NCBI RefSeq assembly: GCF_009914755.1
Contig: NC_060938.1
DNA length: 64,000 nucleotides
From: the human T2T-CHM13v2.0 reference genome, Homo sapiens
Direction: 5' to 3' (one strand)
Positions 1 through 22,020 of this stretch are shown here, piece after piece. Within the stretch, counting starts at the first letter, position 1. The number at the start of each line of letters is the position of its first letter. A program made the position numbers and the translations under genes. The notes below the pieces were generated by a model. That model was given only the letters and a program-made list of their open reading frames with translations, did not search any database and had not been told where the DNA came from.

Positions 1-133
1 ACCTTTGCCGTCTTGCTGACGCACACTCAGCAGCCCTGGTGACAGTGGGCGTCCTTGTTCTCAGTCTCAGAGGGCAGGCGTCTAAAGTTTGTCCATGAAG
101 TATGACACTTGCTGGGTGCTTTGGCCACATAAC

Positions 134-441
<308 letters not shown>

Positions 442-960
442 AATGAGTTTTGACTCTCTTTTTTTTCCACGTGAAAAGGGTCCGAGTACCACTTGTGGAA
501 AAGACCCTGCTCTCCTGCCACCCTGTGTGCCGCTTGGTACCGCCCTGGTGTCCATCTTCGTCTTGGGTCTTCCTTCTTTCCCTTTGGGAAGCCCACATGG
601 TGTTCATGACTCCAGCCGTCTCTCGGGCTCCATGTAGGGCAGGGAGGGTGTGTTGTCCACTCTCGCCTATGTCGGGAGCCCTGGGACTCTTCTCGACGCC
701 TCATATTTCATAGACATTGTAGAATCCGTTTGTCGAATATTAGGCAAAGAACTATTGGGATTTTACTTGGGATGACGTGGAATCCATAGATCAGTTTGAG
801 AACTGATGTCTTTAGAATGTTAATGCTGGCTCTTCTGCCTTACAAACACACTTCTCCGTGGGTTAGGTGTTCATTAATGTTTTATAGTTTCCTGGATATA
901 GGTATTATACTTCTTTTGTTAGATTTGTTTCTCAGTATTTGGTCTTTTTGAAATATTGTA

Positions 961-1022
961 AGATATATATATATATCTTATATATAGATATCTCATATAT
1001 ATACACACACACACACCCACAC
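961..1022. repeat. (AT)n/(AC)n microsatellite
   Basis: Directly visible atatatat...acacacac run. Confidence 0.85.
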
Positions 1023-1156
1023 CCATTTCATATTTACATTTCATTTTCTAACTCTGTTGAAAATTGTAGAAACCCGAAACTGATTTCTGCATTTTGACCT
1101 GGTTTAGCGAGTCTTGCTAAACTCACTTATTAATACTAAAAAATTTATCTCTGGAT

Positions 1157-2480
<1,324 letters not shown>

Positions 2481-2879
2481 TAAAATCCCCCATTCTTATT
2501 TCTTTTTCTTGCTTCCTGAAAGAAGCACCCTGTTTTCCTGGTGTTTCTAGTAGGGGCTGAGCAGCCCAGGCGGCTGCAGCGTCTCTGTCTGCTTCTGGCT
2601 GGAAGAGAGCGTTCTAGTTCTGCACTACGAAGATTGCTGTTTGCAAAGCAGATTCCTGTAGATGTACTTAATTAGATTAAGGAGAGCTCCCTTCCATTCT
2701 CCGTCTACTGAGAGCTGTTTTAGGAAGTCATGAACAGCTATTGAATCTACTAAATGCCTTTTTTGCACCTACTGATATGGTCATTTTTTTCTTTAATCTG
2801 TTAATGTGAAGACTTACATTTATTGATTTTAGAAAACCTTTTATTAAAAAATCATTTCAAATAAAAAAATTACAGTAGT

Positions 2880-3258
2880 GGCTGGGCGCCGTGGCTCACG
2901 CCTGTAATCTCAGCAGTTTGGGAGGCCGAGGCAGGTGGATCATCTGAGGTCAGGAGTTCGAGACCAGCCTGACCAACATGGTGAAACCCTGCCTCTTCTA
3001 AAAATACAAAAATTAGCTGAACATGGTGAATCCCTGCCTCTTCTAAAAATACAAAAATTAGCTGGACATGGTGGTGGGTGCCTGTAATCCCATTTACTCG
3101 GGAGCTGGAGGCTGAGGCAAGAGAATTGCTTCAACCTGGGAGGCGAAGATTGCAGTGAGCCAAGATTGCACCACTGCACTCTGGGTCTGGGCGACAGAGT
3201 GACACCCTGTCACAAAAACAAACAAACAAAACAAAAAGAAAAAACAAACAACAAAAAT
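2880..3258 (+). mobile_element. AluS with internal 45-bp tandem duplication
   Basis: Alu body; 2975-3019 is repeated at 3020-3064. Confidence 0.9.
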
Positions 3259-3334
3259 ACTACAGTGGTACCATAGCTCCTATATGTCTTCACACAGATT
3301 CCTCAATTGTTAACATTTCACCTGACCATTCTCT

Positions 3335-3360
3335 ACACACACACACACACACACACACAC
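3335..3360. repeat. (CA)n microsatellite
   Basis: Pure AC run. Confidence 0.95.
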
Positions 3361-3964
3361 GCGTGTGATGGACGTATGGGAATGGAGCTGTGTCAGCCTC
3401 AGGGCATTCGCTCAGGAGGGTGTGGCTCTCTGGGCCCTGCTGCGGGTGCCACCCACCTCTCTCCCTTAGTCAGAGTGGCAACCGCTCGCTCCTCCACCGT
3501 GAGGTTAATGTGAAATGTGTTGCTAACTACGGCATAATTCCTGAGTATTGTATGAGGGTGATGCTCCAATGCGATGTCAGTGTCCTGGTCCAATTCCCAC
3601 GGGCGCCCTCCGCGGGGCGCCCCGAGACTCCCACCCGACCGGGTGTCCTGGTCCTAATCCCATGCTCACCCTCTGAGGGGCACCCTGAGACTCTGGCCCA
3701 ACTAGGTGAGGACTGTGATGTGGCTGAAGGGCGGAGTCCACTTCCCTTCTGGATGCCTCAGTGAGCCTGCTGCCAGCTGCAGCTTTCCCTCCCTCTGCTT
3801 ATTCACATCAGCTTGGACTTGTGGGTGCCTATTTTACTCAGAGGGTTATGATGCATTATTCTCATTATTTATGTGATGCTCACATAGTCCCGGAGGCAGC
3901 CAGTGCAGCCCTACAGCTGGGTCTGGTGACTTTGTAGTGTGTCCTGCCATTCTATCTTTAAAGA

Positions 3965-4410
3965 TTTTTTGGAGACAGGGTCTCACTCTGTCACCCAGGC
4001 TGGAGTGAAGTGGTGCAATCATGGCTCACTGCAGCCTCGACCTCCCTGGGCTCAAGCGATCCTCCCACCTCAGCCTCTCGAGTAGCTGAGACTACAGGTG
4101 TGTGCCACCATGCCCAGCTAATTTTTTTCTATTTTTTTTGGAGATGGGGGGGAGGTCTCGTTATGTTGCCCAGGCTGGGCTCCAGTAATCCCAAAATGTT
4201 GGGATTACAGGCATGAGCCACCACACCTGGCCATGTCTCTGTCTTATAAGGACAGTTGTCATTGGATATAGGGTCCACTCGATAATGCAGGATGATCTCC
4301 TACTCTCGAGATCCTTAATCACATCTGCCAAGACTCTTATTCCAAATAAGGGTGCATTCCCGGGCTCTGGGGGTTAGGATGTGGACGCGTATTTAGGGGT
4401 CACCTTCAGC
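3965..4410 (-). mobile_element. AluJ (~3965-4233) followed by an MLT1 (MaLR) LTR fragment (~4234-4410)
   Basis: Antisense Alu; MLT1-like tcttataaggac...cattggat...atctgccaagactcttattccaaataagg. Confidence 0.7.
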
Positions 4411-5214
4411 CAAGGGCCAGCAGTCTGTCTGCTGTGTCCAAGGCACAGCTTTCCAGCTGGCTTTTTCCTCGTGTTGCCCAAGCCCTCCCCTTTTCCTTTC
4501 TTTGGGGCTGAGCTTTCAATAGCACACCTAGCATGGGCAGAGGAGGCATTCGGAATGGAACAATAAATAGGGAGATTGAGGATGAGGGAGCGAGACTCTG
4601 ACTGTAAGTGGTGGTTACACATCAGGAAAGTGGGGATTTAGGAATAAGCCCTGTGGACTGGCATGAACTTGTGGTTAAATCATTGACGGCCTGGGAGAGG
4701 GATGGGTGTGGAAACACAGGTGTGCGCATGCCTGCAAAGACAGCCTGAGCGGCGGCAGCCGGGCAGCAGTGAGCACGTCCAGCACCCAGGGTCAGCTGGT
4801 CTCAAACTCCTGACCTCAAGTGTTCCCCCTGCCTCGGCCTCCCAAAGTGCTGGGATTACAGGCGTGAGCCACCGTGCCTGGCCTGTTCTCTTATTTTCAA
4901 CCTTTCTGTATATGTATTGTAAATGTAAGTTGCAGAAACAGAATATATTTGTCTTATGATGGACTCTTCTAATTGATTTATAATCACTAATCTATTTGGG
5001 TTTAAATCTACCATCTTACTAGGAACCTCCACATAACCCATAACCTCACACAACTATCAACTCCTAGCCATCTAATAGGTGTGCACGGGAACCTCATCAC
5101 TGTTTAAATCTGCATGGAACTCCTCATGTGCCGATTTGCATCCATGTATCCTGTTTGGTGAAATGTCTGTTCAAGTCCTTTGCCGATTTTTAGATTATTG
5201 TATTTACTGCAGAT

Positions 5215-5719
<505 letters not shown>

Positions 5720-6370
5720 GTAAAAAACTAACAGGTGCTGGTGAAGTTGTGGAGAAAAAGGAACGCTTATATACTGTTGGTGGGAGTGTAAATTAGTTCA
5801 ACCATTGTGGAAAACAATGTGGTGATTCCTCCAAGACCTAAAAACAGAACTCCCATTCTATCCAGAAATCCCGTTACTAGATATATACCCAAAGGAATAT
5901 AAATTGTAATATCATAAAGACACATGCACCGCTATTCACGATAGCAAACTCATAGAATCAACCTGAATGCCCATCAATGATAGACTGGATGGAAAATGTG
6001 ATACATATACACTATGGAATACTATGAAGCCATAAAAAAGAATGAGATCATGTCCTTTGCAGGAACGTGGATGGAGCTGAGGGCCATTATCCTTAGCAAG
6101 CTAATGCAGGAACAGAAACCCAAATTCATGTTCTCACCTGTAAGTGGGAGCTAAATGATGAGAACATATGGACACATAGAGGGGAACAACTGACACTGGC
6201 CTATTGGAGGGTGGAGAGTTGGAGGAGGGAGAGGATCAGGTAAAATAACTAATGAGTACAAAGGCTTAGTACCTGGGTGATGAAATAATCTGTACAACAA
6301 CCCCCTATGACACAAGTTAACCTATATAACAAACCTGCACATGTACTCCTGAACATAAAATAAAAGTTAA
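5720..6370 (+). mobile_element. L1 3' end (older L1PA/L1PB type)
   Basis: ggtgggagtgtaaattagttcaaccattgtggaa...ttctcacctgtaagtgggagctaaatgatgagaac...aaacctgcacatgtac...aataaaagtt. Confidence 0.9.
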
Positions 6371-6467
6371 ATATATAAATATGTACATTAGATGTTAATA
6401 TACATTACACATTATATATATATATATTCTGCAAACAAGTCTTTTGTTTGATACATGATTTATAAGT

Positions 6468-8870
<2,403 letters not shown>

Positions 8871-8883
8871 GGAAGCTAGACCC

Positions 8884-10030
8884 TGTGTCTGTGCCCCAGG
8901 GCTGCCCTAACAAAGCACTGCAAACGGGACAGCGTCAACCACAGGAATTCCTTCTCCCACGCTCTGGAAGCTAGAAGCCCAAGATCAAGGTGTCTGCAGG
9001 ACTGGTGTTGCTGAAACTGACCCAGTAGTCCTACAGACTGTTCTTTTTGAAAACACAGAAATGGACCCTTCTGGTCTTAAAGCTTGAAACTTTTGTTTTA
9101 TCTGAATTTCTTCCTCAGCAAAGGACCTTCAGGCCTCTCAGAAAAGTATCAAAGAACTGAAACTACCCAGACCAAGGCACAGATGCTGGACCCCTCATTC
9201 ATCATGATTGCTTCCTTGCCTGACATGGTTTGGCTGTGTCCTCACCCAAATCTCAACTTGAATTGTATCTCCCAGAATTCCCACGTGTTGTGGGAGGGAA
9301 CCAGGGGGAGATAATTGAATCATGGGGGCCAGTCTTTCCCGTGCTATTCTCTTGATAGTGAATAAGTCTCATGAGATCTGATGGTTTATTAGGGGTTTCT
9401 GCTTTTGCTTCTCTCTCATTTTCTCTTGCGGCTGCCATGTAAGAAGTGCCTCTCACCTCCTGCCATGATTCTGAGAACTCCCCAGCCATGTGGAACTGTA
9501 AGTCCAATGAAATCTTTTTTTGTTCCCAGTTTGGGGTAGATCTTTATCAGCAGCATGAAAACGAGTAATACATTGCACCTCTCTAGTTCTTGTTTTCTTA
9601 CACGTTGTTACATTTCTTCCCCTGCTATATAAACCCCTGGTTTTAGTGAGTCAGGAGATGGATTTGGGACTGAGCTCCCATCTCCTCTGCTCAGCACCCA
9701 ATTAAAGCCTTCTTCCTTGGCCATACTTGGCATCTCAGTGATTGGCTTTCTTTGCAGCAAGCAGCAGGACCTGGAATGAAACCCTGGTGTTTCAGTAACC
9801 TTGCCAGCAACTCTCAGCTTGCAGCTGCCTCCCTCCAACCTCTGTCCCTGTCCTCATACAGTCTTCTTTCCTCTCTCCTTATAAGGACACAGACATTGGA
9901 TGTAGGCCCACCCTAATCCAGTGTGATCTCAACTTAACTAGATGATACCTACAAAGATCCTATTTCCAAATAAGGTCACGTTGGCAGGTATCAGGGTAGG
10001 ACTGAAACATATCTTTCTGGGAGCCATGAT
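8884..10030. mobile_element. Nested LTRs: MLT1 host; LTR47A-like (9012-~9800); THE1 (9221-9572)
   Basis: MLT1 halves on both sides; tgaaactgacccag...ggtgtttcagtaac LTR flanked by ttgc; THE1 tgacatggtttggctgtg...taataca with TSD ttgcc/ttgca. Confidence 0.7.
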
Positions 10031-10078
10031 TTAGCCCATAGCAGATCCCTTCCTTAAAACAGACATAAAATGTAACTA

Positions 10079-11518
<1,440 letters not shown>

Positions 11519-12300
11519 GTTGAAAAGACAACTCAGAAAATGGGAGAAAGTATTTGCAAATCACATATCTGATAAGAGAATTGTATCCAGAATATATAAG
11601 GAACTCTTAGAGTGGAACAGTAAAAGGATAAATAACCCAATGGAAAAACGTGCGAAGGATTTGAACAGACATTTCTCCAAAGGAGATATGCAAATGGCCA
11701 CTAAACACACGACCAGTGCCTGGTGTCCTTAGCCATCAGGGACATGCAAATCAGAGGCACAGTGAGGCAACATTTCACACCTGCCACGATGGCTATGATT
11801 AAACATGTTGATAATAACAAGTGCTGGCAAGGGTGTGAAGAAATTGGAATCCTCACATATTGCTGATGGAAACGTAAAATGATCTGAAAAAGAGTCGACG
11901 CTTCCCCAAAATGTTAAACACAGAGTTACCGTATGACCCGGCCATTCCACCCCTCGACGGACACCTAAGAGAAATAAACACAGGTCCACATAAGAGTTTG
12001 TACTGAAGTGTTCATAGCCACATCCATAATGGCCAAAAGGTGGAAACAAAGCCAAAAGATGTCCATCAACTGATAAAGAGATAATAAGAGCATGGAATAT
12101 TATTTGGCAATAAAAAGGAAGGAAGTAGTGATGCATGCTGCAACATGAATGCGCCTTGAACACATTTAGCAAAATAAGCCAGTCACAGATGACCGCATAT
12201 GGTATGGTCCCATTTATATGAAACGTCCAGAAAAGGCAAATCTGTGGAGACAGAAAGTAGATTATTGGTTGCCAGGGGCTGGGAAAACTGGGGAGAAATT
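11519..12300 (+). mobile_element. L1M (L1MB-like) ORF2 end/3'UTR; resumes at ~14910-14955 and ~16065-16130
   Basis: atgggagaaagtatttgcaaatcacatatctgataag, gtccagaaaaggcaaatctgtggagacagaaagtagatt...ggttgccagggg; continues after the VNTR as ggggatgatgaaaat...aaaattgatt. Confidence 0.8.
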
Positions 12301-14909
12301 GGGTGTGAAAGGGGGGCGAATGCTACTGGCTCTGGGTGGGTGTGAAAGGGGGGCGAATGCTACTGGCTCTGGGTGGGTGTGAAAGGGGGGCGAATGCTAC
12401 TGGCTCTGGGTGGGTGTGAAAGGGTGCGAATGCTACTGGCTCTGGGTGGGTGTGAAAGGGGGCGAATGCTACTGGCTCTGGGTGGGTGTGAAAGGGGGTG
12501 AATGCTACTGGCTCTGGGTGGGTGTGAAAGGGGGCGAATGCTACTGGGTCTGGGTGGGTGTGAAAGGGGGGCGAATGCTACTGGCTCTGGGTGGGTGTGA
12601 AAGGGGGCGAATGCTACTGGCTCTGGGTGGGTGTGAAAGGGGGGCGAATGCTACTGGCTCTGGGTGGGTGTGAAAGGGTGCGAATGCTACTGGCTCTGGG
12701 TGGGTGTGAAAGGGGGCGAATGCTACTGGCTCTGGGTGGGTGTGAAAGGGGGCGAATGCTACTGGCTCTGGGTGGGTGTGAAAGGGGGCGAATGCTACTG
12801 GCTCTGGGTGGGTGTGAAAGGGGGGCGAATGCTACTGGGTCTGGGTGGGTGTGAAAGGGGGGCGAATGCTACTGGGTCTGGGTGGGTGTGAAAGGGGGCG
12901 AATGCTACTGGGTCTGGGTGGGTGTGAAAGGGGGCGAATGCTACTGGGTCTGGGTGGGTGTGAAAGGGGGCGAATGCTACTGGGTCTGGGTGGGTGTGAA
13001 AGGGGGCGAATGCTACTGGGTCTGGGTGGGTGTGAAAGGGGGCGAATGCTACTGGCTCTGGGTGGGTGTGAAAGGGGGCGAATGCTACTGGGTCTGGGTG
13101 GGTGTGAAAGGGGGCGAATGCTACTGGCTCTGGGTGGGTGTGAAAGGGGGCGAATGCTACTGGGTTTGGGTGGGTGTGAAAGGGGGGCGAATGCTACTGG
13201 GTTTGGGTGGGTGTGAAAGGGGGCGAATGCTACTGGGTCTGGGTGGGTGTGAAAGGGGGCGAATGCTACTGGCTCTGGGTGGGTGTGAAAGGGGGGCGAA
13301 TGCTACTGGGTTTGGGTGGGTGTGAAAGGGGGCGAATGCTACTGGCTCTGGGTGGGTGTGAAAGGGGGCGAATGCTACTGGCTCTGGGTGGGTGTGAAAG
13401 GGGGGCGAATGCTACTGGGTTTGGGTGGGTGTGAAAGGGGGCGAATGCTACTGGCTCTGGGTGGGTGTGAAAGGGGGCGAATGCTACTGGCTCTGGGTGG
13501 GTGTGAAAGGGGGCGAATGCTACTGGCTCTGGGTGGGTGTGAAAGGGGGGCGAATGCTACTGGGTTTGGGTGGGTGTGAAAGGGGGCGAATGCTACTGGC
13601 TCTGGGTGGGTGTGAAAGGGGGCGAATGCTACTGGCTCTGGGTGGGTGTGAAAGGGGGCGAATGCTACTGGCTCTGGGTGGGTGTGAAAGGGGGCGAATG
13701 CTACTGGCTCTGGGTGGGTGTGAAAGGGGGCGAATGCTACTGGCTCTGGGTGGGTGTGAAAGGGGGCGAATGCTACTGGCTCTGGGTGGGTGTGAAAGGG
13801 GGCGAATGCTACTGGCTCTGGGTGGGTGTGAAAGGGGGCGAATGTACTGGCTCTGGGTGGGTGTGAAAGGGGGTCGAATGCTACTGGGTCTGGGTGGGTG
13901 TGAAAGGGGGCGAATGCTACTGGCTCTGGGTGGGTGTGAAAGGGGGGCGAATGCTACTGGGTCTGGGTGGGTGTGAAAGGGGGGCGAATGCTACTGGCTC
14001 TGGGTGGGTGTGAAAGGGGGGCGAATGCTACTGGGTCTGGGTGGGTGTGAAAGGGGGCGAATGTACTGGCTCTGGGTGGGTGTGAAAGGGGGTCGAATGC
14101 TACTGGGTCTGGGTGGGTGTGAAAGGGGGCGAATGCTACTGGCTCTGGGTGGGTGTGAAAGGGGGCGAATGCTACTGGCTCTGGGTGGGTGTGAAAGGGG
14201 GCGAATGCTACTGGCTCTGGGTGGGTGTGAAAGGGGGCGAATGCTACTGGCTCTGGGTGGGTGTGAAAGGGGGCGAATGCTACTGGGTTTGGGTGGGTGT
14301 GAAAGGGGGCGAATGCTACTGGCTCTGGGTGGGTGTGAAAGGGGGCGAATGCTACTGGGTTTGGGTGGGTGTGAAAGGGGGGCGAATGCTACTGGGTTTG
14401 GGTGGGTGTGAAAGGGGGCGAATGCTACTGGGTCTGGGTGGGTGTGAAAGGGGGCGAATGCTACTGGGTCTGGGTGGGTGTGAAAGGGGGCGAATGCTAC
14501 TGGCTCTGGGTGGGTGTGAAAGGGGGCGAATGCTACTGGGTTTGGGTGGGTGTGAAAGGGGGCGAATGCTACTGGCTCTGGGTGGGTGTGAAAGGGGGCG
14601 AATGCTACTGGCTCTGGGTGGGTGTGAAAGGGGGGCGAATGCTACTGGGTTTGGGTGGGTGTGAAAGGGGGCGAATGCTACTGGCTCTGGGTGGGTGTGA
14701 AAGGGGGCGAATGCTACTGGCTCTGGGTGGGTGTGAAAGGGGGCGAATGCTACTGGCTCTGGGTGGGTGTGAAAGGGGGGCGAATGCTACTGGGTTTGGG
14801 TGGGTGTGAAAGGGGGCGAATGCTACTGGCTCTGGGTGGGTGTGAAAGGGGGCGAATGCTACTGGCTCTGGGTGGGTGTGAAAGGGGGGCGAATGCTACT
14901 GGGTCTGGG
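12301..14909 (+). repeat. G-rich VNTR, 36/37-bp unit (gggtgtgaaagggggcgaatgctactggctctgggt), ~72 copies
   Basis: Near-perfect tandem array; variants are G5/G6 and ctct/gtct/gttt. Confidence 0.98.
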
Positions 14910-14955
14910 GATGATGAAAATCTTTTAAAATTGATTATGACATGTGTAAAATTTT

Positions 14956-14997
14956 CCTTCCTTCCTTCCTCCCTTCCTCTCTCTTTCCTTTCCTTCC

Positions 14998-15064
<67 letters not shown>

Positions 15065-15170
15065 CTCTCTCTCTCCCTCTCTCTCCCTCCCTCCCTCCCT
15101 CTCCCTCTCCCTCTCTCTCCCTCCCTCCCTCCCTGCCTCCCTCTCTCTCTCTCTCTCTGTCTCTCTCCTT
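14956..15170. repeat. (TTTC)n/(CT)n/(CCCT)n polypyrimidine microsatellite (Alu-tail derived)
   Basis: ~16 TTTC units at ~14999-15062, abutting an antisense Alu. Confidence 0.9.
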
Positions 15171-15174
15171 CTTA

Positions 15175-16064
<890 letters not shown>

Positions 16065-16248
16065 TGAATTGTACCCTTTAAATGGATGAATTTTATGGTA
16101 TTTGAATTATATTTCAATAAATCTGTTAAAGAATCAATGGCCATGCTTGTGTGGGTGCACTTGTTCCATTGATCTGTCGGCTGACCCTCTGCCAATTCAG
16201 CCTGTCTCAATTGCTTTAGCTTTATGGTGAGTTAACATCCATTAGTGA

Positions 16249-18999
<2,751 letters not shown>

Positions 19000-20049
19000 T
19001 AAACCCTATGCCTTGGTCATGGCTTTGGTGGGATACCTAGGGGCTGGGGCATCAGAGAATGGAGAAGAGTAAAAAAACAACCACTACCAAAAAACCCCAT
19101 CCTCCCAAACCCTAACATCCCCCCGGGCATTCTCCTGCACCCTGGGAGCATTAGGCGACCTTTTTCTTTCCTCCCCTTGTGCCAGGACTAGAGAACTTCT
19201 GGAGCTCTCTGTCCTCTTCTGGCTTTCAGGCCGTGTTGAGTCCAGGCCCGGGGATACGGGAAGAGAATCTGGAAGTTCACTACCAGTTGGGTGGTGCCTC
19301 AAATTCTGGTCTTTCCCCCAAATCTGGTGTCCCTTTACCTCTCTGACCCTCAGTCTCCTCCTATGTCAGAGGGAAGTCACAGCAGTTCTGGGAAGGAGGG
19401 CAGGCAGGCAGAAGGTGCCCTCGGGTTCTTCTCTGGCTCACACGGGATGGACAGGATGTGGGGGGAGGGGCTTAGTGCCACCTCAGTGACAAAATGAAGC
19501 CCAAGTCCCCAAACCCTAGCTTGCCTCCTGGACGGGCTGGAGAAGAAGGTGGGGGCCGCTCATCATTCCTTTCCTCTGCCCTGAGAAGAAACCTGGGAAG
19601 GCTGGGTTTCTCCCCAAAGAGGACAGAGGGTGGCGCGGAGGGCCCCGGCGGCCAGGCCAGCCCCGCGCCTACATCCCTGTCAGCTCCTGGGCCGGTGGGC
19701 GCCTGTCCGGCTGAGTGGGGTCGCTCTAGGGGGCGGCAGCGGAGTTTCAGGGCGCGGGGGGCACTGGGCGGGACCCTGGGATTCTGGGCGGTGGGTGAGG
19801 AGGGTGGAGACGGGACTCCGCGCCTGGGGGTGCGCGAGGGCGCCCCGCTCCCCAGAGCCACCAGTCCTGCGCGCCGCCGCGCGGTGCTGTCGCCGTGGCA
19901 ACCGGCGCTGCGGAGGGGGCGGGGCACCGGCACCCCCGCGCTCCCAGGTCCCCAGGTCCGGCGGGGCTCGCGGGCCGAGGGGCGCGGGGCGGGGCCTCTG
20001 GGTCGGGGGCGGTGCCGCGCGGGCGGGGGAGGGGCGCGGCGGGAGGAGC

Positions 20050-20124
20050 CGGCGCGGCCCCGGCAGTGGCGGCAGAGGCTGGGCGGGCGGGCCCGGGAGC
20101 GGCGCAGCATCTGCGGGCGGCGGG
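20050..20124 (+). other. TMEM121: Probable TMEM121 non-coding exon 1 (5' end approximate)
   Basis: Follows the GC boxes; donor GG|gtaggc with GT at 20125-20126. Confidence 0.5.
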
Positions 20125-20789
20125 GTAGGCGCGGGCGCGGGCGGGACTGGCTGGGTGCGCGGCTGCGTCCGCGGAGGGGGCGGCGGGCCTGGGCGACCCT
20201 GCACCTCTGGGCCGTGGGGACTGTGGGGTGGGGCGGGGGCCGATGCGGCAGGGGTGAGGCCTGGGGCCGGCGGGGTGACGGGGACCCGGCCCTGCGTGGG
20301 GAAGCCTCGGGGGGACAAGCAGAGACGCAGCCTGCTGGGAGCGGCCCAAGCTCTGCACCGGCCCGCGGCGGGAGCACAGCAGCCCCCTCCCACCCCTCCT
20401 CCCGGGGGCTCCGAGGGGTGGTTATGGGGCGAGGGTCCTTGCGGGGCCCGGGCAGTGAAGGGCCTGGAGGCCCCAGAGTCTGTGCCAGGTCTGAGCCGCG
20501 GGGCGTGGGGGGAGGAGGGGCCTCGGCCGGGGCCCAGGAGACCCAGGACAGGTGGGCCTGGGGCCAGGTCCCTACGGAGAGGTGGCCGGGCCGGGCTCTG
20601 GCTTGCCGGGGTAGGGGCTCCGCTAGGGGCTGGAGTCCGTCCCTTCGCCAGCGCAGAGCCCCTCGGCCCGCATCTGCCAAGTGACTGAGGATCGAGCGAC
20701 AGCGTAGTGGGGCGGAGGGGCTGGAGGCACGGCCGGAAAGGGTGAGCGGCGCCGTGGCTCCCCCGCTATTTATTTGGCCCCGCCACGCG

Positions 20790-20909
20790 CGGAGAGGGAG
20801 GAAATTCTCAGGCTGCGGCTGCAGCTAGGGGAGGCCCAGGTGGGCCTGGAATGGGCCCAGAGAGGGCTTCCTGGGTCAGACGTGTAGATCCAGTGGACGT
20901 GAAAACCGG
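20790..20909 (+). other. TMEM121: Probable alternative 5' exon of TMEM121 (5' end approximate)
   Basis: Near-consensus donor CGG|GTGAGT at 20910; TATA-like TATTTAT at 20767-20773. Confidence 0.45.
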
Positions 20910-22002
20910 GTGAGTGTCCCGGTGGGACCCAGAGCGCGGGGAGGCTTGGAGGCAGGGGCATGGGCTGAGGACCCTCAAGGCACCCTCCTCGCGACCTGTC
21001 AGAGCTCCGAGGGGTGGGGGTGTCCTGTGTGTGGCTGTGGGGATCCTGGGCGGCGGGTGCTGGGTGGGGGCAGGGGTGGGAGTGCAGAGTTCAACGCTTT
21101 CCCGGATCGGTGGGGCCTGCGGTGTCACCAGGGCAGTCCGAGCGCCCGACTGTCACGGGGACATTAAATTTTATGCCTTTGTCTAGACACGGCAGTAAAC
21201 GGAGCCCCAGGCCTGGGGCTGTGGAGGGGGTGAGGGGCTGGCTGGGAGTAAGCCTGTCAGTGACTTTGGGGTGGGTGCGGGTGTGCGGGCCTCCATTGTC
21301 ACCCAGGTGTGCACAGGCCCAGGTGCGGGGACTCCGACAGCACGGCCATGAGGACCAGTGCCAGGTGTGTGACAGAGGTGCAGGGGCCTGTGGAAGCCCG
21401 ACGGGCCTTGGTGGACGGGCTTCCCGAGATTCGAGGGCAGCCACAGGCATCGCCCTGGCGCAGAGGAGCAAAGCAGGGTGGCTCTGCCGGGGCAGAGGGT
21501 GGGGGACAACACCTCGCCAAGGCAATGCGGAGCCATGGGGAGCAGGGCAGGCAGTGGCCACGCGCCCAGGATGGTGGACAGGAGGGGAGACCGAGCCTGC
21601 CCGTGCAGGGAGGAGGGGCGTGGGGGCTGCCGGGCAGGGGCGGGGAGGCTCGGAGAGGCTTGTGGGACGGATGCATCGGGACCTGGGTGGCTCTCGGTCC
21701 GGGATCAGAAAGCCTGGGAGGGCCGAGGCCTCCTTGGGTACTCCAAGAGCGGAGGGGCAGGCCCGCCTCCCTGCCCAGTGCGGCGGCGGGGAGAGGGTAT
21801 TCCCGGAACTCCGCGGAAACGGCCTGAGGCCAGCAGCGCGGGCGTGGGGTCCGGGCCGCCGGAGCCAGGAGGGAGGGCGGCGCGGGCCCAGCAGTGACAA
21901 ACCCCCCCGGGCTCCGGGAACGAGCTCGGCGGGCAGAAAACGCGTCCGTTCCGTTTCCTTCCTGGCGGCGGGAACGAGGCCCGGGTGCTCTGGCGAGGCA
22001 GC

Positions 22003-22020
22003 AGCGCCCTCTGGAGGCCT
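22003..22020 (-). promoter_or_regulatory. CTCF-like motif in the TMEM121 intron
   Basis: Minus strand reads AGGCCTCCAGAGGGCGCT, close to the CTCF consensus. Confidence 0.6.

Noticed and set aside
12301-14909. CRISPR-like array of 36-bp repeats, and its ORFs (MGVKGGECYWLWV..., GRMLLALGGCER...)
   Set aside because: Units are head-to-tail with no unique spacers and no cas genes, in a primate context; the ORFs only reflect a stop-free 36-bp unit.
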